This document shows, one piece after another, positions 38,884 through 47,851 of a stretch of 47,891 nt of DNA. Position numbers and translations under genes: made by a program. This DNA is from Paracoccaceae bacterium (GTDB lineage Bacteria > Pseudomonadota > Alphaproteobacteria > Rhodobacterales > Rhodobacteraceae): assembly GCA_007123625.1 (NCBI GenBank), contig SKKS01000294.1, positions 1-47,891 of the forward strand. The letters run 5' to 3'. The notes beneath the pieces are model-generated. The model did not search any database and was not told the DNA's origin. It worked only from the letters and a program-made list of their open reading frames with translations. Positions within the stretch are counted from its first letter, which is position 1. Every line of letters starts with the position of its first letter.

Positions 38884-38903
38884 GGCGGCCTCCTTCATGG
38901 CGC

Positions 38904-38930
38904 TTAACGGCAGGCGCCGCAGGAATGTTA
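38904..38930 (-). promoter_or_regulatory. sigma28 promoter of fliD (-35 overlaps the motB stop codon)
   Basis: TAAC-N15-GCCGTTAA. Confidence 0.7.
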
Positions 38931-40019
38931 GCCACCGCGTGCCGCATTGCCGTATTCGAACAGGATCTCGATCCGGCGATTGGCCTCGCGGCCCGCTTCG
39001 GTGTCATTCGAAGCAACCGGGGCCGATTCACCCCGGCTGACGGCAACAAGGTCGGACGGGTCCACCAGCCCGCTGGCGCCCAGTTCACGCACCACGGACG
39101 AAGCCCGCGCCGCAGCCAGCCCCCAGTTGTCAGTAAATTGCCCGCCCGAAAGCGGCACCGAATCCGTGTGTCCGGTGACCGTGACCTGTGCTTCGGAGCC
39201 GACGCCGCTCTGGGCGATGCGCAACATGATCTCCTCGGCCTCGCGGGTCAGATCGGCCGACCCCGACCGGAACGCCCCGCCTGCGCCCACGGTGACAACG
39301 ACTTTGTCTTCGTTCCTTTCCACATCCACCAGACCCTGTGCCTGCAGTTCGCGCAAGGCCACGCGCAGCCGGGCATCGGCAATCGCGGCACGGGCCTGTG
39401 CATCGCGTCCCGCATCGCCAGGGCCGGCCTGTGCCTCCGGGTCCGCGCCTTGCCTTGCATCGTCGCCTTGTTGGCCGGTTGCGTCCTTCGGCGACAGGCC
39501 CGCGAAATCTCCGACGGCCTCTGACAGCGCTTGCGCCAGATCGGCCACGCCTGCGCCTTCGGGCAAGCGCAACGATACCAGCCCATCAGCGTTGGAAAGC
39601 GTCATTTCCCCCTGCGCCATCGCATCGGACAGGATATCAGCCAGTTTCTCGAGCATTTCCGCCTGTGCGCCGGCATTGTCTTGCGGATCGTCAGCATCAT
39701 GCGGAGAAGGTGGCGCCGATGCGGGCCGAAAATCCATCTCGATCAATGTCGTGCTGTCGGGGTGCGGCAGGATCTCGACGATCGTACTTCCGAAATGTTC
39801 GCGCAGGGCACCGGTCATCTTCTTGAAGGACACTTCGTCGAAATTCGCGAAGGCAATGATCAGCACGAAGAATGCCATCAGCAGCGTGGCCATGTCGGCG
39901 AATGTCGCCATCCACGCAGGGGCGCCCACAGGCGGGCAGCGGGGGCAATCCTCGTCCTCGTCCTCGTCATCCTCGACAAAGATGGGAACGACCTTGCGGG
40001 CTTTGCTCTTGGCGGCCAT
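38928..40019 (-). CDS. motB: Stator B subunit (MotB/PomB-like)
   Basis: CPP.GAPAWMATFADMATLLMAFFVL; OmpA-like domain GHTD, NWGL..ARA, NRRIEI. Confidence 0.93.
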   Translation of the reverse strand: MAAKSKARKVVPIFVEDDEDEDEDCPRCPPVGAPAWMATFADMATLLMAFFVLIIAFANFDEVSFKKMTGALREHFGSTIVEILPHPDSTTLIEMDFRPASAPPSPHDADDPQDNAGAQAEMLEKLADILSDAMAQGEMTLSNADGLVSLRLPEGAGVADLAQALSEAVGDFAGLSPKDATGQQGDDARQGADPEAQAGPGDAGRDAQARAAIADARLRVALRELQAQGLVDVERNEDKVVVTVGAGGAFRSGSADLTREAEEIMLRIAQSGVGSEAQVTVTGHTDSVPLSGGQFTDNWGLAAARASSVVRELGASGLVDPSDLVAVSRGESAPVASNDTEAGREANRRIEILFEYGNAARGG

Positions 40020-40032
40020 GGCGGTACTCCTG

Positions 40033-40797
40033 TCACGCAGCGGCGCGCAGTTTGTCCTGCGCGGCAGGATCCAGCGCAGCCGCAAGCTGGTCTTCCACCA
40101 GCCGCGGGCTTTCACCGCGCACAATCCCGCGCAGGCCTTCGATCACGAGCATGCGGTATTCGACCTCGGCCTCGCTGCGTTGCTCCATCTTGGTCAGGGC
40201 CGGGCCGAACAGGACGTTGGCCAGAAACGCCCCGTAAAGCGTGGTCAGCAGCGCAATCGCCATCGCCGGGCCTATGGCCGTGACATCCGACATGTTGCGC
40301 AGCATCAGCACCAGTCCGATCAGCGTGCCGATCATGCCGAATGCCGGGCCGATATCGACCCAGGCCTTGACCGCGCGCTGGGTGACGTAGTGACGCGTCT
40401 TCATGGCCTTCACGTCCTGCTTGAGCTGCTTGACCAGCTTTGCCTCGTCCGCCCCGTCGATCAGCATCTGCAGGCCCCGCTCGAAAAACTTGTCGGGTAC
40501 TTGCTGTCCCTCGAGCGCCATCATCCCGTCCTTGCGGGCCAAGGTGGCCAGTTCGACCATGCGCGGCACAAGGTCTTCAACCTTGAGCGTAAAGGGTTTG
40601 AACACCAGCATCATCGCCTTGAAGCTGCGCCCGAAAACCGCCAGCGACGTGGTGGCCAACGCCGCAAACCCGGTGCCGCCAAAGACGATGAGAATGGAAG
40701 GAACATCGATGAATGGCCCCAGGCCACCCGCCACGATCATCGCGCCGATGACCATGCCGATCGCCCCGACATATCCGATTATGGTCGCCAGATCCAT
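40033..40797 (-). CDS. motA: Stator A subunit (PomA-like MotA, 254 aa)
   Basis: MDLATIIG, SILIVFGG, ARKDGMMALE, PAFGMIGTLIGLV, ALLTTLYG. Confidence 0.94.
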   Translation of the reverse strand: MDLATIIGYVGAIGMVIGAMIVAGGLGPFIDVPSILIVFGGTGFAALATTSLAVFGRSFKAMMLVFKPFTLKVEDLVPRMVELATLARKDGMMALEGQQVPDKFFERGLQMLIDGADEAKLVKQLKQDVKAMKTRHYVTQRAVKAWVDIGPAFGMIGTLIGLVLMLRNMSDVTAIGPAMAIALLTTLYGAFLANVLFGPALTKMEQRSEAEVEYRMLVIEGLRGIVRGESPRLVEDQLAAALDPAAQDKLRAAA

Positions 40798-40835
40798 CTT
40801 GCCCCCTGCAGGTCGCTGTCCATGCGGAAAGGGGG

Positions 40836-40851
40836 TGCAAGCCGCGTGCCA
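40836..40851 (-). promoter_or_regulatory. sigma54 promoter of motAB
   Basis: TGGCACGCGGCTTGCA. Confidence 0.85.
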
Positions 40852-40865
40852 TTCGGGTTGCGGAC

Positions 40866-40891
40866 TAAACTTTTTCGCGGGCTGCCGTTCT
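40866..40891 (+). promoter_or_regulatory. sigma28 promoter of fliC
   Basis: TAAA-N14-GCCGTTCT. Confidence 0.75.
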
Positions 40892-40938
40892 GATGCTCAG
40901 GCGCTGCAAGGCGCAGGCCTTTCAGAAGGAGCTTCGAA

Positions 40939-42411
40939 ATGACCAGCATCAACACCAACATCGGCGCGCTTGCGGCACAGGCGAACATGACGCGCGTCAA
41001 TGACGACCTGAACACCGCCATGACGCGCCTGTCCACCGGCCTGCGCATCAACGCGGCCAAGGACGACGCCGCAGGCATGGCCATCGGCGAGAAGATGACC
41101 GCACAGATCATGGGCCTGAATCAAGCTGTGCGCAATGCGACCGACGGCAAGAACCTGATCGACACCACGGAATCGGCGCATGTCGAGGTGTCGAACATGA
41201 TGCAGCGCCTGCGCGAGCTGGCCGTGCAGTCATCGAACGACACCAACACCTCGTCGGACCGGGGCAACATCGTCGCGGAAAGCCGCCAGTTGATCGCCGA
41301 GATCAACCGCGTGTCGGAAACCACCACGTTCAACGGCATGAACGTGATGGACGGCAGCTTCTCGGGCAAGCAGTTCCAGATCGGCGCCGACGCGAATATC
41401 ACCGTTTCGATCAATGTCGACAGCACCCGCGCAACGGACATCGGCGCCTTCACGCTGCGCTCGGATGTCAATGTCGCCAATGGTTCATCCGCAATCGCAG
41501 GTGGGACGAATATCATCATTTCCGGTCATGCGGGATCGGCCGAGGTTGAACAGACAGCCGAAATGTCGGCGCGTCAACTGGCATCGGCGGTCAACAATGT
41601 GTCGTCGCAGACCGGCGTTTCCGCAACCGCCCAGACGGTGGCGAAGCTGTCGAACCTGGACGGGGCGGGTCAGCTTTCGTTCGAGATCAATGGCCGGGAA
41701 ATCGGGCCGGTTGCAATCTCGGATGCCAGCGACCTGCGTTCGCTGCGCGACGCCATCAATGCCCAGACCACCCGCACAGGGGTGACCGCGCAAATGGGCG
41801 ACAACAACAGCGAAATCATCCTGACCGACACGACCGGGGCGAACATCGAATTCTCCGCCTTTGACTCGGATGATGGCGCGGGCGGGGATCTGACGATCGA
41901 TGTCGATGTGCTGAACGCCGACCGCACGGCAGCCACCACCAGCTTCAACATCAGCGAATCTCTGAGCGATGGCGATAGCGCTACAGTGACGGGTCAGGTG
42001 ACCTTGTCCTCGACCAATGTCTTTTCGGTGCATTCGTCGGACGTGACGGCAGACGAAGCGTTCTTCGAGAACTCGAACTCTCCTGCCGAGCTGGAGCAGC
42101 TGGCCGAAATCGACCTGTCCACCGCCGAAGGTGCCGCCAAGGCCATCAACGTGATCGACATGGCGCTGGCCAAGGTCAGCCAGGCGCGGTCCGATCTTGG
42201 TGCGGTTTCCAACCGGCTGGATTCGACCATCTCGAACCTGACGAACATCTCGACCTCGGTCGAAGCCGCCCGCTCGCAGGTCATGGACGCCGACTTCGCC
42301 GCCGAATCGACCAATCTGGCGCGCGGCCAGATCCTCAGCCAGGCCGCCACCGCGATGCTGGCACAGGCCAACGCCTCCAAGCAGAACGTCATGTCCCTGC
42401 TGCGCGGCTGA
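40939..42411 (+). CDS. fliC: Flagellin
   Basis: MTSINTN...RLSTGLRINAAKDDAAG; DADFAAES..LA..QIL.QAA.AMLAQAN. Confidence 0.98.
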   Translation: MTSINTNIGALAAQANMTRVNDDLNTAMTRLSTGLRINAAKDDAAGMAIGEKMTAQIMGLNQAVRNATDGKNLIDTTESAHVEVSNMMQRLRELAVQSSNDTNTSSDRGNIVAESRQLIAEINRVSETTTFNGMNVMDGSFSGKQFQIGADANITVSINVDSTRATDIGAFTLRSDVNVANGSSAIAGGTNIIISGHAGSAEVEQTAEMSARQLASAVNNVSSQTGVSATAQTVAKLSNLDGAGQLSFEINGREIGPVAISDASDLRSLRDAINAQTTRTGVTAQMGDNNSEIILTDTTGANIEFSAFDSDDGAGGDLTIDVDVLNADRTAATTSFNISESLSDGDSATVTGQVTLSSTNVFSVHSSDVTADEAFFENSNSPAELEQLAEIDLSTAEGAAKAINVIDMALAKVSQARSDLGAVSNRLDSTISNLTNISTSVEAARSQVMDADFAAESTNLARGQILSQAATAMLAQANASKQNVMSLLRG

Positions 42412-42434
42412 CGGAATTCCGACAGAACAGATCG

Positions 42435-42471
42435 GACCCCCGGCAGCACAACCGCCGGGGGTCATGTTTTT
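42435..42471 (+). terminator. Rho-independent terminator after fliC
   Basis: GACCCCCGGC/GCCGGGGGTC stem then ATGTTTTT. Confidence 0.75.
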
Positions 42472-42593
42472 CAAGGGATTGCGCAGGGAAAGACGTTCCG
42501 CAACGTCGATTTTCCGTCATTTTAGGCCTGTCAAACAGAATTTTTGCGTTTTCGTGATGCCTGCGAAGAATGGCATGGCACAGGAGGTTCGCC

Positions 42594-43919
42594 ATGCATT
42601 TCAGTCCATCGATTCTTGCCAGCCAGCGTCAGTCGCTGGTCGTCAACCAGCAGCTTCAGCAGGCCATTACATTTCTGCAGATGAGCAATGCCGAATTGCA
42701 GGCCTTCATCGAAAGCCAGGCCGACGAAAACCCGTTTGTCGCCTTGAAAAACCGCCTCGATGCCCCGGCATCCAGTGCCCACGGGGCTGCAGGCGGCATC
42801 GGGCAGGACTGGGATCGTATCGGCGCACTGGCCGATGACGCGGGTCCGTCGCTTTATGCCCATGTCATGCGACAGATCGCGGCACTTGGGCTGAACCTAC
42901 GCGACCAGATGCTGGCCGAAGCGTTCGTCGACGCGCTTGCGCCTTCGGGGTGGCTGGAAGGCGCGGTCAAAGACATCGCCCTGCACGCGGGCGTCACGCC
43001 GGAGCACGCGGGATCGATGCTAGCGCGCCTGCAGGGGCTCGAGCCCGCTGGCCTGTTCGCGCGTGATCTGGCCGAATGCCTGCGGTTGCAGGCGGCAGAC
43101 AAGCAAATGCTGACACCGCTTTTCAATGCGGTTCTGGACCACCTGCCCTTGCTGGCGGCGGCCGATCTGCAAGCGCTTTGCCGGGTGTGCCGTACGGACA
43201 TGACTGCCCTGCGCGGCGTGCTGCGCGATCTGCGCGGGCTGGACCCCAAACCGGGCGCCCGCTTCGATCAGGCCCCCATGCCGATCCGCGCGCCCGATCT
43301 TCTGGTCACGCGCGCGCCCGAAGGCGGCTGGCGGCTGGAGCTGAACAATTCCACCTTGCCCGCAGTTATCGTGCAGGATGCGCACCAACCTGCGGCAAAT
43401 CATCCGCAAGTCGCCGAATACCGCGCCGAGCGGCTGTCGGTTGCGCGGTGGCTGTCGCGCGCGGTCCAGTATCGCAACCAGACGGTTCTGAAGATCGGCA
43501 ACGAGATCCTGCGCCACCAGCGGGCGTTTCTGGACCAGGGGGCGGACCATCTGCGCCCGATGATCCTGAAGGACATCGCCGAAGCGGTCGGCATCCATGA
43601 AAGCACGGTCAGCCGCATCAGCAATGCGGTAATCATTGCCACGCCGCACGGGGTGATGGCGCTCAAGCGGTTCTTCTCGGCGGCCCTGCCCGCACAGAAC
43701 GGCATCACAGGATCAGCCGAAGCCGTGCGCAACCGCATCCGCCGGATGATCCAGTCCGAACCCACAGGCCGTCCGTTCAGCGACGAAACGCTGGTGCGGA
43801 TGCTCGATGGCGAAGGCATCGCCGTCGCACGCCGTACCGTTGCAAAATACCGCGAGCAGCTGCGCATCCCCACATCGGCACTGCGCCGTCGGCAAGCCGT
43901 GCTGTCAGCCCGGCTCTGA
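42594..43919 (+). CDS. rpoN: Cluster-encoded sigma54 factor RpoN
   Basis: QLQQAITFLQMS, GIHESTVSR, RpoN box ARRTVAKYRE; AGGAGG RBS. Confidence 0.95.
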   Translation: MHFSPSILASQRQSLVVNQQLQQAITFLQMSNAELQAFIESQADENPFVALKNRLDAPASSAHGAAGGIGQDWDRIGALADDAGPSLYAHVMRQIAALGLNLRDQMLAEAFVDALAPSGWLEGAVKDIALHAGVTPEHAGSMLARLQGLEPAGLFARDLAECLRLQAADKQMLTPLFNAVLDHLPLLAAADLQALCRVCRTDMTALRGVLRDLRGLDPKPGARFDQAPMPIRAPDLLVTRAPEGGWRLELNNSTLPAVIVQDAHQPAANHPQVAEYRAERLSVARWLSRAVQYRNQTVLKIGNEILRHQRAFLDQGADHLRPMILKDIAEAVGIHESTVSRISNAVIIATPHGVMALKRFFSAALPAQNGITGSAEAVRNRIRRMIQSEPTGRPFSDETLVRMLDGEGIAVARRTVAKYREQLRIPTSALRRRQAVLSARL

Positions 43920-44600
43920 CTGCGCGACCGCCATAGGAAGAGTTGGCGAAAAGCGGAACCGGGCCTGTGGTACAAGGGCCTGCCAGGTGGCCATTGCCGC
44001 GGCCTCGGACGGTGCGGCCACAACCCCGGCAAGGCGGTAGCCCCGGTCATTAAGCGTCACGCGCTGGTGCACGGCGCCGTCGCGCCACAGATGCAGACCG
44101 GCCGCCAGCCAGACGCAGGCGACCAGGACTCCCCCCGCAGGCAAGGCCACCGCCGCCACGGCAAAGAACAGCGCCAGTGCCGCCCAGAGGCGCGCCTGCG
44201 CCAGCCACAGGGGCGGCGCGACAAGTGCAAGCCACGACGGATTCGCCGCGAACAGGTCATGATTGCCCCGTGTGTCCACCATGATCTCCCAGTTGCGCAG
44301 CGTTTCGGTACAGTCGGGGATGGGCCCCAGCTTTGAACGCGGCGGCTCTTGCGCCCATCGGCCCAGATCCGCGCGCTCGCACAACACGGTAAAGACAGCA
44401 GCGCCGCGCTGGAAACTCAGCGCGCTTGGCCGTCCGGCCCGTGCCATTTGCATCTGCAATGCTGCCGCCGTCCCGCGCCATGGCCGCCCGTCGACCGCTA
44501 GAAGGACATCCCCCGCACGCAGGCCGAACCAATGTCCGAAATCATCCATCCGACAGCGGTTCAGTACCAGAACCTGTTCGTGCTTGTTCTGTGGCGACAT
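43905..44600 (-). CDS. Membrane protein with PDZ-like N-terminal and DUF2628-like C-terminal regions
   Basis: GLRAGDVLLAVDG (PDZ-like); SWLAL..PPLWL...RLW and RGY....VV.A.SE..A (DUF2628-like). Confidence 0.65.
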   Translation of the reverse strand: MSPQNKHEQVLVLNRCRMDDFGHWFGLRAGDVLLAVDGRPWRGTAAALQMQMARAGRPSALSFQRGAAVFTVLCERADLGRWAQEPPRSKLGPIPDCTETLRNWEIMVDTRGNHDLFAANPSWLALVAPPLWLAQARLWAALALFFAVAAVALPAGGVLVACVWLAAGLHLWRDGAVHQRVTLNDRGYRLAGVVAAPSEAAAMATWQALVPQARFRFSPTLPMAVAQSEPG

Positions 44601-44626
44601 CTGGCGTGTTCCTTCTTCTGCGCGCT

Positions 44627-45316
44627 TCATGGAAAGCTGAATGGGTTGGGCGGGGGCGGCGCGGGACGGGGCGCGGACACGGCGGGTCTTGGCGGGCCTG
44701 CGGACGCCGACGCAGAAACGGGCGCAGGACCGGCGACAGGGTTCGGTGCAGGCTGCGCCGGCGGTGGTGACGGGACCACCAGGTTGGCCATCTGACGGGT
44801 CAGGTTCAGCTCGACCTCGGCCAGCGCCACAAGCAAATCGGTGCACTGCCCGCCTGTGGCGTGGGTTGCGGCAGCGCCCGGGCCCACGTCGCGCGCCAGA
44901 GCCTGAAGCCGCTGGTCCAGCCGCGCAATCAGCGCATCGATCGATCCTTCATTCTGTTCTGCCTGCGCCTGTGCCGCCAGGGTGGCGCCCTGCATCCGGT
45001 CCAGCGCGTCGTTCATCTGCATCAGGTTCTCGACAAATCCCGCCGTAGCCGTGGCCTGCACCTCGGCGGCCTGTTGCAGGTGACTGGACGCCCGTACCCA
45101 GAACACCCCGCCGCCAGCCAGCGCCAGCACCGCGCCCGCAGCGGTTCCCAGGACCAGCAAGCGGGTGTGCCTCGCGGTCAGGCTCAGCGCCTCGGCCGCC
45201 TGGTTGCGTGCTGCGATGGCGGCTTCCGCCTCGTGCGCGGCCTCGGTCGCCAGCTGAGCGGCATCCAGAGCCACTTGCGTGGCGTCCTGAAGGGGGGTGT
45301 CGTCGGCTTTGGTCAT
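44627..45316 (-). CDS. Hypothetical single-TM coiled-coil protein with Pro-rich tail
   Basis: AAGGA RBS, MTKADD..., one TM segment, ends NPFSFP. Confidence 0.7.
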   Translation of the reverse strand: MTKADDTPLQDATQVALDAAQLATEAAHEAEAAIAARNQAAEALSLTARHTRLLVLGTAAGAVLALAGGGVFWVRASSHLQQAAEVQATATAGFVENLMQMNDALDRMQGATLAAQAQAEQNEGSIDALIARLDQRLQALARDVGPGAAATHATGGQCTDLLVALAEVELNLTRQMANLVVPSPPPAQPAPNPVAGPAPVSASASAGPPRPAVSAPRPAPPPPNPFSFP

Positions 45317-45318
45317 TT

Positions 45319-45555
45319 CTATGGTTCCTTCTGCAGGGGCTTGCGGCGCATCGCCTGCCCCATGCGCGCCAGGGGGTGGCGAAACAGGGCCAGCCCCGCC
45401 AGCAGACCACACAACAGCAGCGCGCCCTGCCGCGCCGGATCGACCCCCGGTGCAGACGCCGAAAGCACCAGCGCCAGCGCAAAGACCGCGAAACAGAAGC
45501 TTGCCAGGCGGCGCGCCTGTCGGCAGCGCGGGCAATCGGTTGACTTGCGTGGCAT
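45319..45555 (-). CDS. Small CxxC two-TM membrane protein (78 aa)
   Basis: AAAGGA RBS, DCPRC then two hydrophobic helices; first gene after a sigma54 promoter. Confidence 0.6.
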   Translation of the reverse strand: MPRKSTDCPRCRQARRLASFCFAVFALALVLSASAPGVDPARQGALLLCGLLAGLALFRHPLARMGQAMRRKPLQKEP

Positions 45556-45597
45556 CGGTTGGTCCTTTCCTGGCGCGCGTTGCGTTCACGGACAGGA

Positions 45598-45613
45598 GGC
45601 AAGATTTGTGCCA
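45598..45613 (-). promoter_or_regulatory. sigma54 promoter of the three-gene unknown operon
   Basis: TGGCACAAATCTTGCC immediately after the flhB stop. Confidence 0.8.
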
Positions 45614-45616
45614 GTT

Positions 45617-46759
45617 TCAGCGCGGCGCGTGGCCATTCGCATCGAAGTGCATCCCGGGCGGCAGGTCGATCTGCGGAAGGTCTTCGTGCAGGCCGCGCTC
45701 CAGCCGCCATACATGCGCCAGCACCGCCGCGACGGCGCCGAACAACCCTTCATGGATGGGCTGGCCAATATCGCCCGTGAAATACAGCGCACGCGCCAGC
45801 GGCGGCAGGCGCAGCACCGGAACCCCGGCGACCCTTGCGCGGTCGATAACCTGCAGCGCGAGCGCGTCACGCCCGGAGGCAACCAGAACCGGCACATCGT
45901 CATTGTCAGGAAGATACCGCAGGGCCACGGCAAAATGCGCGGGGTTGACGATCACTGCGGTCGCGTCCGTCACATTGTCCAGCGCGCCGCGTTCGCGGGC
46001 ACTGCGCTGGCTGGCCTCCATCTGGAGGCGCCGCAGCTTGCCCTTGACCTCGGGCGAGCCGTTATCCTCGCGTGTTTCGCGCTTCAACTCGCTGACGGTC
46101 ATGCGCAGCTGCTTGCGGTGCTTGTGCGCCTGCCAGAGCAGATCGACCAGCGCGACCAGGGCCAGAACCAACGTCAGGCCCGCGAATATCGCCAGCGCCA
46201 GCCGAAAGACCAGCCGCAGCGCGTCGGCCAACGGCACCATGCCAAGGATTGTAAGGCTTTGCAGCCCCAGGAGAATGCCGCCCAGCACGACGGCGCCCAG
46301 CAAGGCAACCTTGCTCACGGCCTTGCCCAGTTCCACCAGCGCCGTGGCAGAGACCATCCGCTTGAGCCCTTTCAGCGGGTCGATCTTCTCGGGCTTGAAG
46401 GCGAACCCCTTGGCGGTCCAGTTGAGCCCGCCGATGGTAACCTGCGTCGCGATCATCAGGATCATGACCGGCACACCCACAATACCCGCCGCCAGCAACA
46501 CATCGCGCCCGCCTTGGTGCAGGGCGTGCAAAAGCGCCTCGTCGCCAAGCCGGGCCGCATTCGAAAGGTACGCTTGCCAACGACTCAGGATGGCGCCGCC
46601 CAGCACCGGCAGCAGCAACAGCACCGCCGTCGCGGCGGCAATTGCTGCAAAGACCATCATTTCCTTTGACGCCAGCACCTGTCCGTCGCGGCGCGCCTGC
46701 TCCAGCTTGCGCGCGGTGGGTTCCTCGGTGCGTTCGGCACTGTCGTCGGGCGCGGCCAT
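45617..46759 (-). CDS. flhB: Export switch protein FlhB
   Basis: ERTEEPTARKL..ARRDGQV..SKE; GSPEVK; NPAHFAVAL. Confidence 0.95.
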   Translation of the reverse strand: MAAPDDSAERTEEPTARKLEQARRDGQVLASKEMMVFAAIAAATAVLLLLPVLGGAILSRWQAYLSNAARLGDEALLHALHQGGRDVLLAAGIVGVPVMILMIATQVTIGGLNWTAKGFAFKPEKIDPLKGLKRMVSATALVELGKAVSKVALLGAVVLGGILLGLQSLTILGMVPLADALRLVFRLALAIFAGLTLVLALVALVDLLWQAHKHRKQLRMTVSELKRETREDNGSPEVKGKLRRLQMEASQRSARERGALDNVTDATAVIVNPAHFAVALRYLPDNDDVPVLVASGRDALALQVIDRARVAGVPVLRLPPLARALYFTGDIGQPIHEGLFGAVAAVLAHVWRLERGLHEDLPQIDLPPGMHFDANGHAPR

Positions 46760-46769
46760 GCGGGTCTCC

Positions 46770-47570
46770 TTACGGGGCGGACAGCAAGTCGCGCAGGTCG
46801 CGCAATCCGTCGCTGACAAGTCCGGCCAGGCCCAGCAGCAGATTGGGCGCGCTCAGCCACAACAAAACGAACATCATCAGGATGGTGATGGGAAAACCCA
46901 CCGAGAACAGGTTCAGCTGCGGCGCCGAACGGGTCAGCACCCCGACCGACAGGTTGAGCACCAGCAGCCCCGCCACGACCGGCAACATCAGCGACGTTCC
47001 CAACGCGAACATCGATACCCCGGCCATGACACCCGCCAGCGCCAGCGCCGAGATGTCGAGCGCGGCCCCCGGCGGGAAGTCGGCGTAGCTGTCCAGAACA
47101 ATCCGCAGCGCATGCAAATGCCCGTCCATGCCCAGAAACACCATCATCAGCGACAGACTGAACAACTGCGCGACCACCGGCGTCTGGCCAGTGGCGGTGG
47201 GGTCCACCTGCATTGCGAAACCCAGTCCTGCGGCATTGGCGACACGGTCGCCCGCAATGCTCGCGGCGCCGAACAGGATGGTCAGCACCAGGCCCGCCGT
47301 CACCCCCAGCGCAATCTCGGCCAGCACCATCGGCACCGCAGACAATGCGGCCAGCGTGTCGGCATCGGGCATCGGGTATTGCTGCGGCACGATCAGTGAC
47401 AGGCAGACGACCGCCATGATCCGCACCGGCAGCGGCACGAACCGCCCGCCAAAGACCGGCGCCGAGACCACGAACGCACCCATCCGCAGCATGGCGAACA
47501 GCTGCGCCGCCAGCATGTCGCCAAAGCGGGCAAGGTCCAGGCCGGGCAAGGCGACAAAGGCACTTTCCAT
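46770..47570 (-). CDS. fliR: Export protein FliR
   Basis: Multi-TM; RSAPQLNLFSVGFP; GLGFAMQVDP. Confidence 0.93.
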   Translation of the reverse strand: MESAFVALPGLDLARFGDMLAAQLFAMLRMGAFVVSAPVFGGRFVPLPVRIMAVVCLSLIVPQQYPMPDADTLAALSAVPMVLAEIALGVTAGLVLTILFGAASIAGDRVANAAGLGFAMQVDPTATGQTPVVAQLFSLSLMMVFLGMDGHLHALRIVLDSYADFPPGAALDISALALAGVMAGVSMFALGTSLMLPVVAGLLVLNLSVGVLTRSAPQLNLFSVGFPITILMMFVLLWLSAPNLLLGLAGLVSDGLRDLRDLLSAP

Positions 47571-47581
47571 CCCCCGCACCC

Positions 47582-47848
47582 TTACCGGATGCTCTGAATC
47601 TGATCGAAAACGTGCAGGAAATAGTCCGACAACACCCCCAGCATCAGCGCAGACCCCAGCGCCATCGCAAGGAACACCACCACCAGTTTCGGCACGAAAC
47701 TGAGCGTGTTTTCATTGATCGAGGTCGCGGCCTGCAGGATGCCGATCAAAAGCCCCACCCCAAGCGCGACAGCCAGCACCGGCCCGGCAACCTTGAGGAT
47801 GGTGAAATAAGCCAGTTGCAACTGGTCCGTGGCATCCGGGAACTCCAC
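47582..47848 (-). CDS. fliQ: Export protein FliQ
   Basis: GLLIGILQAATSINENTLSFVPKL. Confidence 0.95.
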   Translation of the reverse strand: MEFPDATDQLQLAYFTILKVAGPVLAVALGVGLLIGILQAATSINENTLSFVPKLVVVFLAMALGSALMLGVLSDYFLHVFDQIQSIR

Positions 47849-47851
47849 TTT

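Noticed and set aside
39949-39975. (TCCTCG)n short tandem repeat as a phase-variation tract
   Set aside because: In-frame, imperfect, and simply encodes the acidic MotB N-terminus
42576-42592. TGGCACAGGAGGTTCGC upstream of rpoN as an autoregulatory sigma54 site
   Set aside because: GG-to-GC spacing is 12 rather than 10, and it overlaps the RBS
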